NCBI GenBank assembly: GCA_025786725.1
Contig: JAHLTZ010000028.1
Location: forward strand, 124,001 to 188,000
Direction: 5' to 3'
From: Syncephalis fuscata S228
Lineage: Eukaryota > Fungi > Zoopagomycota
Length of the DNA stretch: 64,000 bases
The notes beneath the pieces were generated by a model. The model made no database searches, was not told the DNA's origin, and saw only the letters and a list, made by a program, of their open reading frames with translations. This document shows positions 1 to 14,257 of this stretch, piece after piece (the first letter of the stretch is position 1; every line of letters starts with the position of its first letter). A program made the translations under genes and the position numbers.

Positions 1-1511
1 AAAATTTGTGACAAAAAGCTGTTGTTATTTGAATTAAAGGGACAAAATTTGAAATTGAGTAGCTGTTTAAAGTAAAGAAACGAAAGTTGAAAGTAGAATT
101 ATAGCAATATTTAAATTGAAATAAATAAATAAATTAGTTACAGTTGCTTTGTTTGTGAACTAACAGCAATAGAAACAAAGCAGATGTATGGCCTTTGCTA
201 TAATACCTTTGTTTATTAATTAACAACAAACAGAACAAAGCAAAGTGCACAAAGAAACAATGCAGGTTATTCTTGACATTATTGCAACCTTTGAACAATG
301 ACATTACAAAGCTCCAGTATCACAGATACTAAATAAATGAATTCAAAAATTGATATCTTCAGTTTTTTAAACAATTGCAGTGATGTAGTACGTGTGTTTA
401 ATTCTGCACAATATACAGTATCAATTGCTGACAATTGTTATCTTCAGTATTATTATTTTATTTACAAATATGAAGAGACGCAGAGTAATATGCTGATAAG
501 CTAGTATTTGCATTATACTGATAGAGCAGTAGATACAAGTCAACATGGCATAAATGACGTATTTATATAACATTCGAGTACTAGAATGTTCCCCTGAGTC
601 ACTTTCAAGGTGCGGCGTATGCTGTTAGCTGATGTGGCCACATTTAATAATAAGCTAAATATGAACAACGATTACCTAAATACATAGTACTTTACCAATA
701 CTAAAAAATACTAACAAATGTTTTTAATAGTCACTCAAGCATTGGTGTTAGGCAGTAAGTGTATCCGGATTGCATTTGTTATTATGTGCCATTATTTGTG
801 CATATAATTCACAATGCCAATTATTGCCTTCGTCGGCACAAGTACTAGCTGTGGTAGTATACACTGTTGTTGATGCTATTAATTGACATAATTTTTCTAA
901 ATGGAAAGAAATATATACCTATTTGATTTTATTCAGCCAAGTGTTGATTGATATTGCTATAGTATGTTTTCTAATGTATTAGGAAAATAAAGTGGACATG
1001 TTACTATTATCACTATCCTGTACACATACATGCTTTATTAGTCTACAAATTTTGTATCGCACATTCTTTTATTATATATCATTTTATCATATAATGACCA
1101 TATTCTGTTGGTATTTTTGTATTTTTGGCGCTAGCTTAACTCGTTACAAGCTTCAATTAATTACATTTACTTAATTGTATACACCATAGCTTTATTACCA
1201 TTATTTATGTACTATTTTTGTTTGCTCATTTTATACTACTATACATTACATTAGCTACGCCTTATTTATAAGTCTATTTTTTATTGCTAATAATGTTTTA
1301 TTACAGATTTTGGCTATATACAGACACAAAATAAAGTTTATTTTACATAATAAATCTTATAAATTACATATAAACTATGGTAATTTATTGAGTTTGCAAA
1401 ACAGCATATCCATTTTATTAAAATTAAAAAATTACACCATTTGCTAATTTTATAGACTGAAGGTAGGAGTTTTATTGGGATAAAAGCTAAGTGTAATCAA
1501 AGGTAAGAAAA

Positions 1512-2558
1512 TCATAAAATAAAACGAGCCAGTAGTGTTAAACTAGTCAATAGTAAACAGGACTGTATAGCGGCCGTTTGAGTATTTGCGCCAGTGTTGC
1601 TCGCTGCTTTTGTATCATTCGCAGCTGAAATGCCAATAGTGTCGTTAGTTGTGCTATTATTAACGTCTTTCTTAAGGATCTCGCCGTTGGGATTGATTGT
1701 AGATTCTATGGCTGTATTACGATAAAGCGGCTTTGGATAGCCAAGACAATCGGCGACACTCGTAAACTTTAGACCTTTTGCTTTTATTGCTTTGATGATG
1801 GCCGGCACCATGTTTACAGAAAACAAGTGTATATCGTGTTGTAGCACAATAAAGCTTGAATTGATCGTTCCGCCAGCAATGCTTTTGACCACATTGTCGA
1901 AGGCCATATGTTGCAAAGACGAATTATCCCCATATCTCCAGTCTAGTTAAAACAGCTAGTTAACAAACCGAGCTAATGAAGCAGAAATATGTCCTACCAT
2001 TGCTATCGACATCCCAGTTTACAATAGCATAGTCCATATCATTAAGCACTTTGGAGGTGTTCTTGCTTAGTTCACCATATGGAGGTCTAAGTTTCATTTG
2101 GCATGTTTACGGTTAGTAGCTCTTGCTTTGCTTGATGCATTGCTTGATAACACTTACCGAATATAATATGGCGCAGAGCCAATAACTCCCTTGATCAAGG
2201 CTTCGCTTTTCTCTACATCTTTGCGCAAGCTTTCATCCGAGAGTTCCGGTAAATGGTGATGCGCCATTGTGTGAGATGCAATCTGGTGACCTTTATCGAA
2301 TGCTTGCTTTGTGTAATTCTTGATATCAGGATTTTCAAGCTGTTTTCCAAGCACGAAAAATGTTGCGGTTACATTTTCTCGCTCGAGGTCCTTAAGTAAT
2401 ATGGGCGTGTATGGGGATGGACCGTCATCAAACGTTAGTGCCACATAGCCAGCCTTTTTGCATGTTTTAAATGGCTCCACAGCGGCGTTTTGACCAAAGA
2501 CACTGCTTGTGACAGTTGCCAGCGCGACAAAGACGTAAGAAAGCGTTAACAGTAACAT
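1512..2558 (-). CDS. CE4 polysaccharide/chitin deacetylase (NodB domain), secreted, probable GPI anchor; 3 exons
   Basis: Signal peptide; motifs TFDDGP, HTMAHHHL, R|PPYGE (intron), DSN|DW (intron), LQHD; Ser/Thr/Asn-rich linker and hydrophobic C-terminal tail. Confidence 0.92.
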
Positions 2559-3158
2559 GAGAAAGATATGAGATGTTAGCGCTATAGCGTGTCAAGTATT
2601 AGCTAATTGTTGGTATAGGTATGGTAAACTTACGGTAAAGATGGTAGGTGTAGATTGAAATATAAAGATGCTATGCGAATGCTAAAGTTTATGCTTATTG
2701 CTGAAAATGCTTTAAAACTCCTATTCAAATACAATGGAAAAGAATGCGATTACCAAATAAGAGCAATGTCTGTTCTAACTATAGACGCCTTTTTATATAA
2801 CGCCTGGGCTTATTTTCTATGGAAAACACATTAGCCGGATTCTAGAATGCTAACAATGAAGTTCCCATTGTGCAAAATGGACCTAAGTATAGTATTACTA
2901 CAAAACAGTAGATGGTTCATGACTGTTTTGCGAGGTTATCAAGGCCATAAAAAACCAGCTACTTAACTAAGCCATTGTTAATTAGTCCGCAAATGGGAAT
3001 AACAACGAAGTTCACAAGTTAAATTTATCACAGTATTCGTGTGCCGCTGTGACATATTTAAATTTCTTTATTTGTTGACTGGATAAACTTGTTGCTCAAC
3101 ACGAACTATTTTTGTTACTATACGTCCATTCGTGAATAACAATCATAAAAATAAAATA

Positions 3159-4189
3159 TCACAACTGGTAAGATAATATACCAATGGAAATTAGAAGAAG
3201 CTGTATCGATGGCTTCAATAAAGTGGCATCAGATTTAACACTTTGTGCTTTTGTGTCTGCACTCTTTGTAACTACAGAAGATGCTTCATTATCTTTTGAG
3301 CCTTCCTTTGAAGGGTCTTGTGCTACGGAATTCATGAGCTCACGGTAAAGAGGAACTGGATAGCCTGTACATTCACCAACGGTAGCAAAGCCCAATCCTT
3401 TGTTGCGAATAAAGCTAATGATTTCAGGCACTAAATCCACCGAATATGACTTGATATCGTGCTGTAGTACAAGATAATTTGATTGTGAAGTTGCCTTTTC
3501 CATGCTTTTTTGAATGTCGTAAAACAGTTGGCGATGCTGTGACGCTTGAGCTTCGTATCTCCAATCTAATGTCAAATCTAAGTACCAAATATTTACGTAG
3601 TAATACATCAATAAGTCTTACCATTACTGTCCAAATCCCAAATAACCACAGCATAGCCCATTTGTCGTAATAGCTGCATGTCGCCATCATTGATTTCTCC
3701 GTAAGGTGGGCGCATGTAACGAGGTGTATACCCAATTTCATTTCGAATGGCCGTTTCGGTGCGCGACATTTCATCACGCACTTTATCTATGGACAATTCT
3801 GGCAAGTGTGGATGGCTAAATGTATGTGAAGCAATTTGATGTCCCTCATCAAAGGCCCTTTTTACTAAGCCTTTGAATTGAGGATTTGATGTGTTTTCAC
3901 CAAGAACAAAGAACGTAGCCTTTATTTTCTCCTTGGCCAAAATGTCAAGTAGATTTGCGGTACTAGGACCAGGTCCGTCATCGAAGGTGAGCGCAACTAC
4001 ACCCGGCTTTGTACACGCTTTGATCGTTACAGCGGGTGCTGGTACAAGTGTATCTGGTTCTTTTACAGCTGGTGCTGGAGTTGACAATTGCCCGTTCGAC
4101 GGTTGCCCTCCAGCCGTAGACTGAGCATGCGCGGTCCACGCGACTAACGCAGCCATTAAAATAGTTTTAAAAACTGAAAAAACGTGCAT
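3159..4189 (-). CDS. CE4 chitin deacetylase paralog, secreted, probable GPI anchor; 2 exons
   Basis: MHVFSVF signal peptide; TFDDGP, HTFSHPHL, RPPYGE, LQHD; intron at DSN|DW shared with the neighbouring paralog; hydrophobic tail. Confidence 0.92.
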
Positions 4190-4900
4190 AATTATCGTTT
4201 GATTTTGATGAGTTTTAAGTATTTGTGCCACAACAGTCCTTGCTATTAGTATTATATCCTAATAATAGAGTTGTCAATTAACACTTTATGCAAAATTATA
4301 TTTGAGGAAAGAAGAATTATTATTATGTAGCTGATGTTTGGTTGATAGCTGTACTGTTAAGCGCTAATGTCAATGTATTTAAATATGTTGTACTAGTCCT
4401 CAGTGTTTGAAAAGTACTCCTAAATCTTTAGTACTCAGTCATACTCTCTTGTAGATGCCTTAGTTACGTGAAAGGGCAAACAAGGATTGTACACATTGCC
4501 TGCGGCAATAGTTTGCCAAGATTATAATGGACTATGCGTGTTATGACGCAGTTGGCATAATGCTTTACAGCCCTATGTTATTAGTCATTTTAAAACACAA
4601 CTCTGCTTATATTGGTATTTGTTTGCACATCTATTCAACGCACAATGCTACAAGAACAAATAAACACATTAACATAAAGAACTATATAGAAATTCATTGT
4701 ATTCATTGTGTGAAGCACTCTATTTTAGAAAATCGCCACTGAAAACTGTAATACACCCTTCAAGGAGTGTGTAAGACGATGCAAAATGTCGCTGTTGCAC
4801 AACATTCTAGATTCAGCAGAACGAATTAAAAGCAACTATACTAAAAGCACTTGGCCTTTAGTTTTTCTATTTTCGTATCTACATAAGCTCTCTTTTTATC

Positions 4901-6469
4901 ATGTTTCGTTCAGTATCGCAAAACTTGTTCAGTCAGCGCGTACACACCTATTTCGTCAGGTTTACTGCTTTAGCTCTTTGAAATTGACAGCAACAACAGC
5001 AACAACAACAGTATTCATTCCAACAAGTATAATTACTCGAAACATGAGCAATATTATCAACCGTGAAAAACGTATGTACAGTATAATAGCGTGAAGCTAG
5101 AACAGCAATTATTTATGTTTATAATATTAATGCCATCTTTAGAAAGTCCTGTTTGTTCGCTTGATTGGTTGCGCGAACGGATGAGCAACCCGGAAACTGC
5201 ACAGGCAACGGTTATTCTAGATGGGTCATGGCACATGCCGCGGGAAAAACGAAACGCCGATGAAGAATTTCTTGCTGGACATATTCCTGTAAATTCATCC
5301 CTTGAAAACGACGAATCATTAGTAACTATGTGTTATTCAGGGAGCACTGCGATTTAATATCGATAAGATTGCCGACCATTCAACCTCTTTGCCACATATG
5401 CTACCTTCAACGCTGCTATTTTCGGAAAGTATAGGTGTGATGGCTTATGTTTTAGAAAAGCCGATTTATTAACTATGGGTTGTACAGGCACACTGGGTAT
5501 AGGTAATGAGGATCATGTTGTTGTATACGATGACAGCGCTGTTTACTCCGCATTTCGCGTCTATTGGATGTTTAAGGTGTGTATTTGCGTGTATTTGCGT
5601 GTGTATATGTATGAAGAATAGGCCCCTGTGTTTAATGGTAAACATAGAGAAAAGGCCTAATGACCTATAGTTGCTCATTAGTAATGACGATTTTAATAAT
5701 AATACTGCCATTGTTTTGATATCAATTACGGTATAGATTTTTGGCCATAGCCGCATATCTGTGCTTGATGGGGGCCTGAATGCTTGGCGTCAAGCTCAAC
5801 TTCCGTTAGCACATGGTCTAGAACATTTGCCGACAAAAAAGGTAGACTTGCAAACTGGTTGTAAACCAGCGCAAATTAACGTCTTGTTTCACGCCAGCAA
5901 TTTAGCGCGCATCTGCACCCGGAACTGTTAGTGGTCTATGATCAACTACAGAAACACATTGAAAAACAGTCGGACAGTCTGGCCCCTCAGATTGTTGATG
6001 CTCGTGGTTCACCAAGGTATGAGGACCCAACAGTAGTACAGATGTGGCCAGTTAACTATTTTTAACATAGATTTACTGGCAAAGAGCCGGAGCCACGCCC
6101 AGAGCTTTCAAGTGGCCACATGCCGGGTGCATTTAATGTATCGTACAAAGCGGTCGTCGACGATGAGTCACACTCGCTGAGGACGGCCCAGGAAATTTGT
6201 GAACTGTTTGAAAAGCAAGGCGTACAACTTGACAAGCATATTATTACATCTTGTGGTAAGGAGCAACCGAGAGAAATACTATTTAATAGCAAAAAGACCA
6301 ACTGCTGAAATACTGTGTTACAGGAAGTGGTGTAACTGCTTGCGTTTTATATGCGGCACTGGAGAAGGCAGGAGTTCATCAGGTTGCTGTCTACGATGGA
6401 TCATGGTCCGAGTATGCGTCACGTCCAGAAAGTAAGATCGTAAAGGACACAGCCGATGCAGGCAACTAG
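4901..6469 (+). CDS. TUM1: 3-mercaptopyruvate/thiosulfate sulfurtransferase (two-domain rhodanese), multi-exon, probable mitochondrial presequence
   Basis: LDGSWHMP, GHIPGA, VLDGGL, DAR, SGHMPGA, active-site loop TSCG|SGVTAC, YDGSWSEY; start uncertain because of an apparent 1-bp loss near 4920. Confidence 0.9.
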
Positions 6470-7764
6470 CTATGATCAACTTACACAAATCCTATTGTAA
6501 ATAAAGCACAGCTGTCTATTGCCTGCTTTCAGCACAATTAAAATCAGATTACTAGATTATAAATCCATTATAATTGTAAATTATTATTAAATTTGCCATT
6601 CTGTTGCATGTTATTTGTGTATCTCGATATTGCTACTATTTAACATTTACTAAACATGCGCAAGCACTTCACGTAATATATAAGCATAACCATCTAATTT
6701 GCACACTAAGTGATAATCTTAGTTATTTATAGCTATATTTACTTATTCATCACATCTGCACTTTTTAGTTTTCAAGGGCTTTATGACGGATATACCATTA
6801 TTGTAAATGATATAGCCTATAACGGCGTTAAAATAATTTAAAAAACAGTTATTTATTAAATATCGTCATAATAATGGTATTATCACATGGACATTGCAAC
6901 AATCATGGTTTCGAGATAACTTTGAGGCTGTAGCAATTTAATCTGGGTACTAAGAAGCCCAGATGTATCTACACAAGACAATTTTACATTGATCATAACT
7001 GTTGCAAATTTTATTCCAACATTATTACAGAGCGATTGGTCAATAAATAGATTGTTCTATATGTCGGATACAATTTTGATTGCATCTAAAAACTATCTTA
7101 TTGTCTTTAATTTGTAAATAATGCAACACCGCCACTAAATGACATTTTTGCTGATAGTGTTGGCATTTAATACGTCATTGATTGCATACAATATTTTCCC
7201 TTGCATTTGTTGCTACATTGCAACTGTGTTGTTATACAAAGAACACAGGCAAAATCACTTTATTTACTTTGTTCATGACAGAACATTACTATCAAATTAA
7301 CAAATCACAGGCTTGTGCATAAACGTTGTTTGATGACGCGTCACTTTTATGAAAATAGAACATTCCAGCTTTGTCAACTTTTGATAGCGCAACAAAGTTA
7401 CCATAAACACCTTTATTAGCTGGTGTGTATGTGTATTCCCAACAAGACATTGTCAATCTTTACGACTCTTAAGTATAAATAGCTATTCTATTCTCAAATA
7501 AATAAATAAAATTTTATTCAATATATACCAACAAAAGACGAATATATCTATATCAGGCAAAACAGTTCTAAATCCGGAAAAACTCGGTACTAGTTAAAAA
7601 GGAAAAGATAGATCGTGTTTTTTCTCTTTCTGCTTATCTTTCATTAGTACGTTCTATTTACTTACTTTGTTGGTTGCTTAGTAACATAAGCCGGCTTTTT
7701 GGATATCAATACCACTTTTGCTTCGTGTTGGGATATATTCCACTATTCTTGTTTATTGTTCAAT

Positions 7765-8818
7765 ATGTCGCAACCAATTACCCATGAATGTATTGTCGAC
7801 GGCTGGTTCCGAGAAAAGTCGGTGCTTTGGCCAGGACAGGGTAAGTGATTGCGCAAATGGCTTGTGTGCTATTGAATAAACTACGAATCAGCAATACTAA
7901 TAATTGCATTATCGACCCTTTACTGCGATTAATAGCCATGGCCATCCAAGTGGAAGAGGTGCTTCACCACGAAAAATCCTTGTATCAAGATGTGCTAGTT
8001 TTCAAAAGCACCACCTACGGCACTGTGCTTGTATTGGATGGTGTGATTCAAGCAACTGAGCGTGATGAATTTGCCTATCAAGAAATGATTGCTCATTTGC
8101 CAATGATGAGCCATCCAAATCCACGCAAGGTCCTAGTAATTGGCGGTGGCGACGGCGGTGTGATCCGTGAGATTGTCAAGCACGATTGCGTAGAGGAGGT
8201 TGTGCTTTGCGACATCGACGAGGCAGTTATCCGTGTGTCCAAGCAGTATTTGCCCTCAATGGCTGTTGGATTCCAACATCCAAAGGTAACCGTTCATATC
8301 GGCGACGGATTCGAGTTTATGAAAAACAATCAAGAGGAATTTGATGTAATTATTACCGACTCTTCGGATCCAGTAGGCCCAGCTGAATCGCTTTTCCAGC
8401 GCCAATTCTATGAACTGATGAATGCCTCATTGCGCAATGGTGGCATCATTTCTACCCAAGGTAAGCATTCTAATTATTTAATAAACATTGCAAGCAGTAC
8501 CTCACTAACTATCTATTGCTGACCAGGCGAATGTATGTGGCTACATTTGAATTTGATCAAGGAAGTGCTTGACTTTTCGCGTACCATATACCCATCGGTA
8601 GCTTACGCCTATGCCTCTGTGCCCACCTATCCATCGGGCCAAATTGGCTTTATCATTGCCTCGAAGGATGCTTCGTTAAATTTGCGTACTCCTACCCGCG
8701 CTGGACCGCTGAACAAGAAGCCAAACTCTGCCGTTATTATAATGCACGTGTTCATGAAACAGCCTTTGTGTTGCCACAATTTGCTCATGCTGCTCTGTTG
8801 GACGATAAAACCAACTAA
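7765..8818 (+). CDS. SPE3: Spermidine synthase, 3 exons
   Basis: [64 protein letters not shown]; apparent 1-bp deletion near 8700 restores [17 protein letters not shown]. Confidence 0.96.
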
Positions 8819-9528
8819 GCCTCAATTACTAGCGAATACAACCGTCTTTATCCATTTGTTTACTGATTTAAATAGTGTTAATTTACGGTATGATAATTGT
8901 CATTGTGTTTAAATAGCTACTTTTTTGTGTTTATTCCATGATATTTAATAATATTTATTTTCTAATAATAAGCTTTACTTTTATAATATCATGTACCAAC
9001 TAACCACTACCCGTCATATGTCACTGCACTGCTACAATATATTAGACAATTTTGAAGAGTATAAATAATAGTGAAGCTATATTGTGTATATGACTTATTG
9101 ATAGAAGAAAGCAAGCTAAGACAAACTTTGCAACAAATATACTTGGCTATAATAAACAAAATTTACGATTACAGCATGACTATTAGAGCACATAATGTCA
9201 TAAAGTAAAATAAGGAAGCAAAAGAAAGACATGGATGGCAAAGTCGAAATTATAATGACTAATGTCACTCATCACTCAGTATCATCAACTACGCGAATAT
9301 TATTGAAATTGGCCATTGATGATTTTATTTTAATATATTTATGTTGCTTTTATATTCAAGTAAGCATAAAATAATTCATTGCTCTTTTGCAATAAAGAAT
9401 ATACAACATTTTCAACATATATATGCTATGTCTAATGTTCATTTTACGATAATAAAAACTATTTTGCATGCTATAGCTATATTTTAAATGCATTATTTAT
9501 TTTTATGCTGCAAAAAGGGAATGTGTGA

Positions 9529-10359
9529 TTATGCACGATAGGCAGGAGCTCCAACGCATTCGTCCAAACGAACTATGCGCTTGTTATTTGCTCTCAAGAA
9601 TGCAACCACTTCTCTAACGAAACGGGCATTAGTACCTGGCTGTATATCGTGTGCCAAGCTGATGAAAGAGCTTGTAGGCGACTCGTTGAATTGCTCTTTG
9701 AATTCCCTTATCGATGCATTGGTATCATCTGGATGACGCCAGTCATTAGTGTCGATGCTCCAGTTAACGACGTAGTAGCCAAGCTTCTTCATTGTTTTTA
9801 GCATAGCTGGTGAGGTGTTACCGTAGGGTGGACGCATATATACTGGGCGTTTACCAATGGCGGCCTTAATCAGATTGTCAGCATTAACCATTTCTTTTGT
9901 GATTTGAGACTCGTTTAGCGTGGAAAGATCTGCGTGTGAATAGGTGTGCGAGCAGATCTGATGACCGCTATTGTAAGCGTATCTAAGCAAGTTCTTAGCT
10001 TCGTTTGTCCTAAGATCGGCTGCATTGACGCCGTTTACCATAAAGCTGCCTTTTACGCCAAGCTCGTTCAGCGTTTTGACAATTTCCTGGTTATTAATGC
10101 CGGGACCATCGTCAAAAGTAAGAGCTACCATATCTGGCCTGATGCATCGCTCGATAACTTCTCCAGGGACTGGTAGGACTGCTCTAGTAAATAGGTGGTG
10201 CGTCTGTGGCACGCCAGTATTAAAGTGCTCATTCTGGCTTAGCGGAATATCGGCCAAATAAGCGGCATTGGCTTGGAGTGGGTTTTCAGCGGCAATCATT
10301 AAAAAAACGGCTGGCAGGAAAATGCCACAGGTTGCAGATAAAGTAGAGAAAAACCTCAT
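9529..10359 (-). CDS. CE4 chitin deacetylase, secreted, intronless, no GPI tail
   Basis: Single ORF with signal peptide, TFDDGP, HTYSHADL, RPPYGN, DTNDW, LAHD. Confidence 0.93.
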   Translation of the reverse strand: MRFFSTLSATCGIFLPAVFLMIAAENPLQANAAYLADIPLSQNEHFNTGVPQTHHLFTRAVLPVPGEVIERCIRPDMVALTFDDGPGINNQEIVKTLNELGVKGSFMVNGVNAADLRTNEAKNLLRYAYNSGHQICSHTYSHADLSTLNESQITKEMVNADNLIKAAIGKRPVYMRPPYGNTSPAMLKTMKKLGYYVVNWSIDTNDWRHPDDTNASIREFKEQFNESPTSSFISLAHDIQPGTNARFVREVVAFLRANNKRIVRLDECVGAPAYRA

Positions 10360-10773
10360 GATAGATGTTGTTATTATGACAAATTAAATAGCTGGATAGC
10401 AAGGATTTTGAAAAAAAACGTAATAAATTTGTGAATAGTTTGAACGGTTGATAGAAATTATGTGGACGTTGCAATAATAGTGCGACTATTTGTTACTGGC
10501 AAGTCTTAAGGCGTTGACTGAAGATAAAGAAAAATTGCTAGGAAAATTAAGAGCGTAAAATGTGCGTGCTGTAATCAAAGTTATCGTGTAAATGTGCCGC
10601 TATAAATACTCGTTAAGTGAATAGTAGTCTATAGTTATTTCGATGCTAAGATGTTCATTTCTATGATTGGAAGAAGTAATTGTTAGGCAACAATGTCCTA
10701 AAAAGGTAACACTATACTCAAGAAATTACCTCTTGTGATAATGTTTCACATTCAAAAATACCGGATTTGAATT

Positions 10774-11124
10774 ATGAACTGGCAGTGCTATCAGCCAATG
10801 CTGCCTTGTCTTGTTTTCTCGGTAGTACAATTGACTAAAGATGAATTTTAATATCAAAAGCTTCCGCCTCCTCCTATTTGCCAGAAACCAGAATGTTTGA
10901 TTAATGCTTAAGGGCCCTTTACAAACTAGACCTTCGGCCTAACTTACTTCAAACAAAAGTTCTATTTACACCAAATATGGAGAATTTATTAAACGTCAAC
11001 AGGCGATTGTACTATTATTTGTCAAAAACGCTACTGTAAAGCCAAGACATTGTACAAATTTGGCGCAAAAGGACTTGGAGCTCAAAGATGAACACATACA
11101 ATCATCACGATTGCTATCATTTAT
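10774..11124 (+). pseudogene. Possible decayed secreted-protein gene
   Basis: ATG at 10774 followed after a 1-bp shift by signal-peptide-like LAVLSANAALSCFLGSTI, then stop-interrupted YQKLPPPPICQKPEC... Confidence 0.3.
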
Positions 11125-11345
11125 TTAGCTTGATCCCATTTACAAACTACACCTTTGGCCTAGCTTACTTCAAACAGAAATTCTATTAACGCCAAATATG
11201 GATAATTTATTAAACATCAACAGACGATTGTACTATTATTTGTCAAAAACGCTACTGTAAAGTCAAGATATTGTACAAATCTGGCACAAAAGGACTTGGA
11301 ACTCAAATATGAACACATAAAATTATTATGATTGTTACCATTTAT
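10918..11345. repeat. Direct tandem duplication, period 221 bp, 2 copies
   Basis: 10918-11124 aligns ungapped with 11139-11345; about 22 mismatches by hand count (about 89% identity), mostly transitions. Confidence 0.93.
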
Positions 11346-11743
11346 CCAAATTAACGCAAGTATATTGTTTACTTATAGCAGCAATTACTATTTCATAAAT
11401 ATTTATTTTGTAAAAGACTAATAAATAACAAATAAAAAGTTCTATTATTGGTTATTAATAAAACTGTAGCCATTTGTAAATCATTAAAAGTGTAATTTAT
11501 TGTAACGATCGACTACTTTTGTAAAAAAGTCTAATAAGGAATGATAAATTCAAATTCAAATGTTTAATGTTTCGAATGAAAGAAAAAAGAAAAAAAGCAA
11601 ATCAAGTAATTTTGATTGCACCATCATCATTATCGTCATCGTCATCATCGTTATTATTAGCTTTGTTCTATTCTTGTTTTTATCGACTTTACTGTTGCTA
11701 CTGCTTAACGTAACACTGCTACCATTCCGGATAAGCAAACACA

Positions 11744-13749
11744 ATGGCCAACCCAGATTCTATAACAACACTGTCTGACGAGACGACAGAACCGCTATTT
11801 AGCGATATTGATGCTACACAATCAGCCACAGAAGTGGAGAGTTACTGTGTCAACTGTGGCGAAAATGTACGTGAATAGTCAAATAGTTACCCAAACTTCA
11901 TTGCTCACACTATAAACCGACCTCTCGACGATAATAACGGTTATGGCTTGTATCTAGGGTGTTACACGATTGCTATTAACGCGGATTCCTCATTTCCGCG
12001 AGATCGTTCTCTCGGCATTTGAGTGTCCTCATTGTCACACTCGTAATAGCGAGATTCAATCGGTTGGTGAGATTCAAGAGAAGGGCATTAGAATTACATG
12101 TCAGCTAAGTACACGCGAGGTAAGCGGTGTTATATTTATTAGTATACAATTAAGCATTAATGATGCTTGGTAATGGATAGGATTTGAATCGCCAGCTAGT
12201 AAAATCAGACTCGGGCACTGTAAAATTTGTTGAGATTGATCTCGAGATCCCTGCTACTTCTCGTCGTGGGGCACTTACAACTGTAGAAGGTATTATTAGC
12301 AATGTTATTGCTGATTTATCAGAACAGCAGCCAGTGCGTAAGGTAATGAAATACTTTTGCATTTTATGTATTTATTATATTAATTTATTATTATTATATT
12401 TGAATTTATTAGCACACAGATATGCCTAGCTATCTTAAGATTGAAGAGATTCTATCGCATCTCCGTGGCTATACTGAATTGAAAAAGCCATTTACTTTAG
12501 TTGTTGATGATCCAGCCGGCAATAGCTACGTGGAGAATCCGTATCCTTTATAATCTTAATTATTTTGGCTAAATATTGGCATTTTGTTATATTTATTTAA
12601 CTTTGTGGCCCACTTCTTGTATGTCATTGCTATAATAGACATGCACCCAATGAAGATCCTCATATGACGGTAACTCGATACAAACGAACAGCAGCACAAA
12701 CAGAACAACTTGGTTTGGCTCCATCGACCGAGGAACCAGAGACAGCTGAATCCTCTGGAGAACAACACCCACATCCTGACGAAGGTAACAAATCCATATT
12801 TATTTAATCGTTTACTAATACAATACAGAAAATGAATCAGAGGTCATTTCTTTCCCGGCCAATTGTTCAACCTGTGGTAAACCAGGCGCCACACGTATGC
12901 ATATTATTGGTATGTTTATATTGGTGTATTCATTATAGGCTGTGTTAATTAACACTTTAATACGCACTGCATTTATGGCCAACTTTATTCAGAGATTCCT
13001 TATTTCAAAGAGGTAGTCATTATGTCAACCGTATGTGACGAATGTGGCTACAAAAGTAACGAGGTTAAGGCCGGTGGAGCTGTATCTCCTCAAGGCCGTC
13101 GTATCTCATTGAAGCTCACCGATCCCGATGATTTGTCTCGCGATATTCTTAAAGTAGGACTTTATTTACACAATTGAAATATATAGACTAACAGTAATGA
13201 TGTTTGGTTATTAGTCGGAGACTTGCGGCTTATCAATCCCAGATATTGAACTTGAATTGCGACCAGGTACATTAGGTGGCCGATTCACGACCATTGAGGG
13301 ATTATTATGCCAGATCTATGAAGAACTGGATACTAAACTGCCATTTATGAAAGGAGATTCGGCACCCGAAGAACATAGAAATCGATTCAGCAAACTACTT
13401 GCTGATATTAAAGAGGTAAGTAATTAGCAGTATAGCATGACCATTAAACAAAATGCCCATAGTTATAAATGGTATCCATTAAATGAATTAAAACTGATCG
13501 TTTATTGATATAGGTTACAGAAAAGCATAAAGAGGTAACTCTGATCTTGATGATCCTATGGCCAATAGTTATCTACAGAATCTATATGCTCCCGATCCCG
13601 ATCCTAACATGACAATTGAAGATTATGATCGTACATGGGAACAGAATGAAGAATGGGGTCTAAATGACATTAAAGTTGAAAACTATATGGAAGATGGTGA
13701 AAAAACTGAACCAGAAGTGACAAATGTTAAGGAAGAAACGAATGAGTAG
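11744..13749 (+). CDS. ZPR1: Zinc-finger protein ZPR1, multi-exon
   Basis: Two ZPR1 modules: [24 protein letters not shown]; [27 protein letters not shown]; [12 protein letters not shown]; [14 protein letters not shown]. Confidence 0.96.
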
Positions 13750-13777
13750 ACATTTACGGTTTTTGGTTTACAGTGGT

Positions 13778-14222
13778 TTATTCATGCAATTCAAATGTAT
13801 TGCCTGGACATTGTGTTGCTAGTTCCGTGTCATTTGTATAGGCAACACCACACCAAATACAAAATAAATGAGTCTGCCTTAAATAAACAGTGACTTGATC
13901 CAATTGTTCCATAATCTAATATTGGTGTATATGGGCATCATTCATTGTCATCCGCATTAGTTATAGTTATTTATATGTAAAGTTGCACTTACCGGTAAAG
14001 CGTCAAATTCATCCCGTTCACGCTCCAATTCGTCCTTTTCATTCTGCTCTGCTGTTGTTACGGTTTCTAGATCAATGGCTTCATTATCCGGTGATGTTGG
14101 CTCCTTAGTCTCGGCATCAACTAATGCTTCAAGTCGAGTTGTTGGCACGGAAGAATTAGTAGATGGTATTCGCGTCCATAGCACGTGTTCTGTAATATTC
14201 TATCATATTATAAGATTACACT

Positions 14223-14257
<35 letters not shown>

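Noticed and set aside
10918-11345. CRISPR-like array
   Set aside because: Only two long adjacent copies, no unique spacers, and a eukaryotic context.
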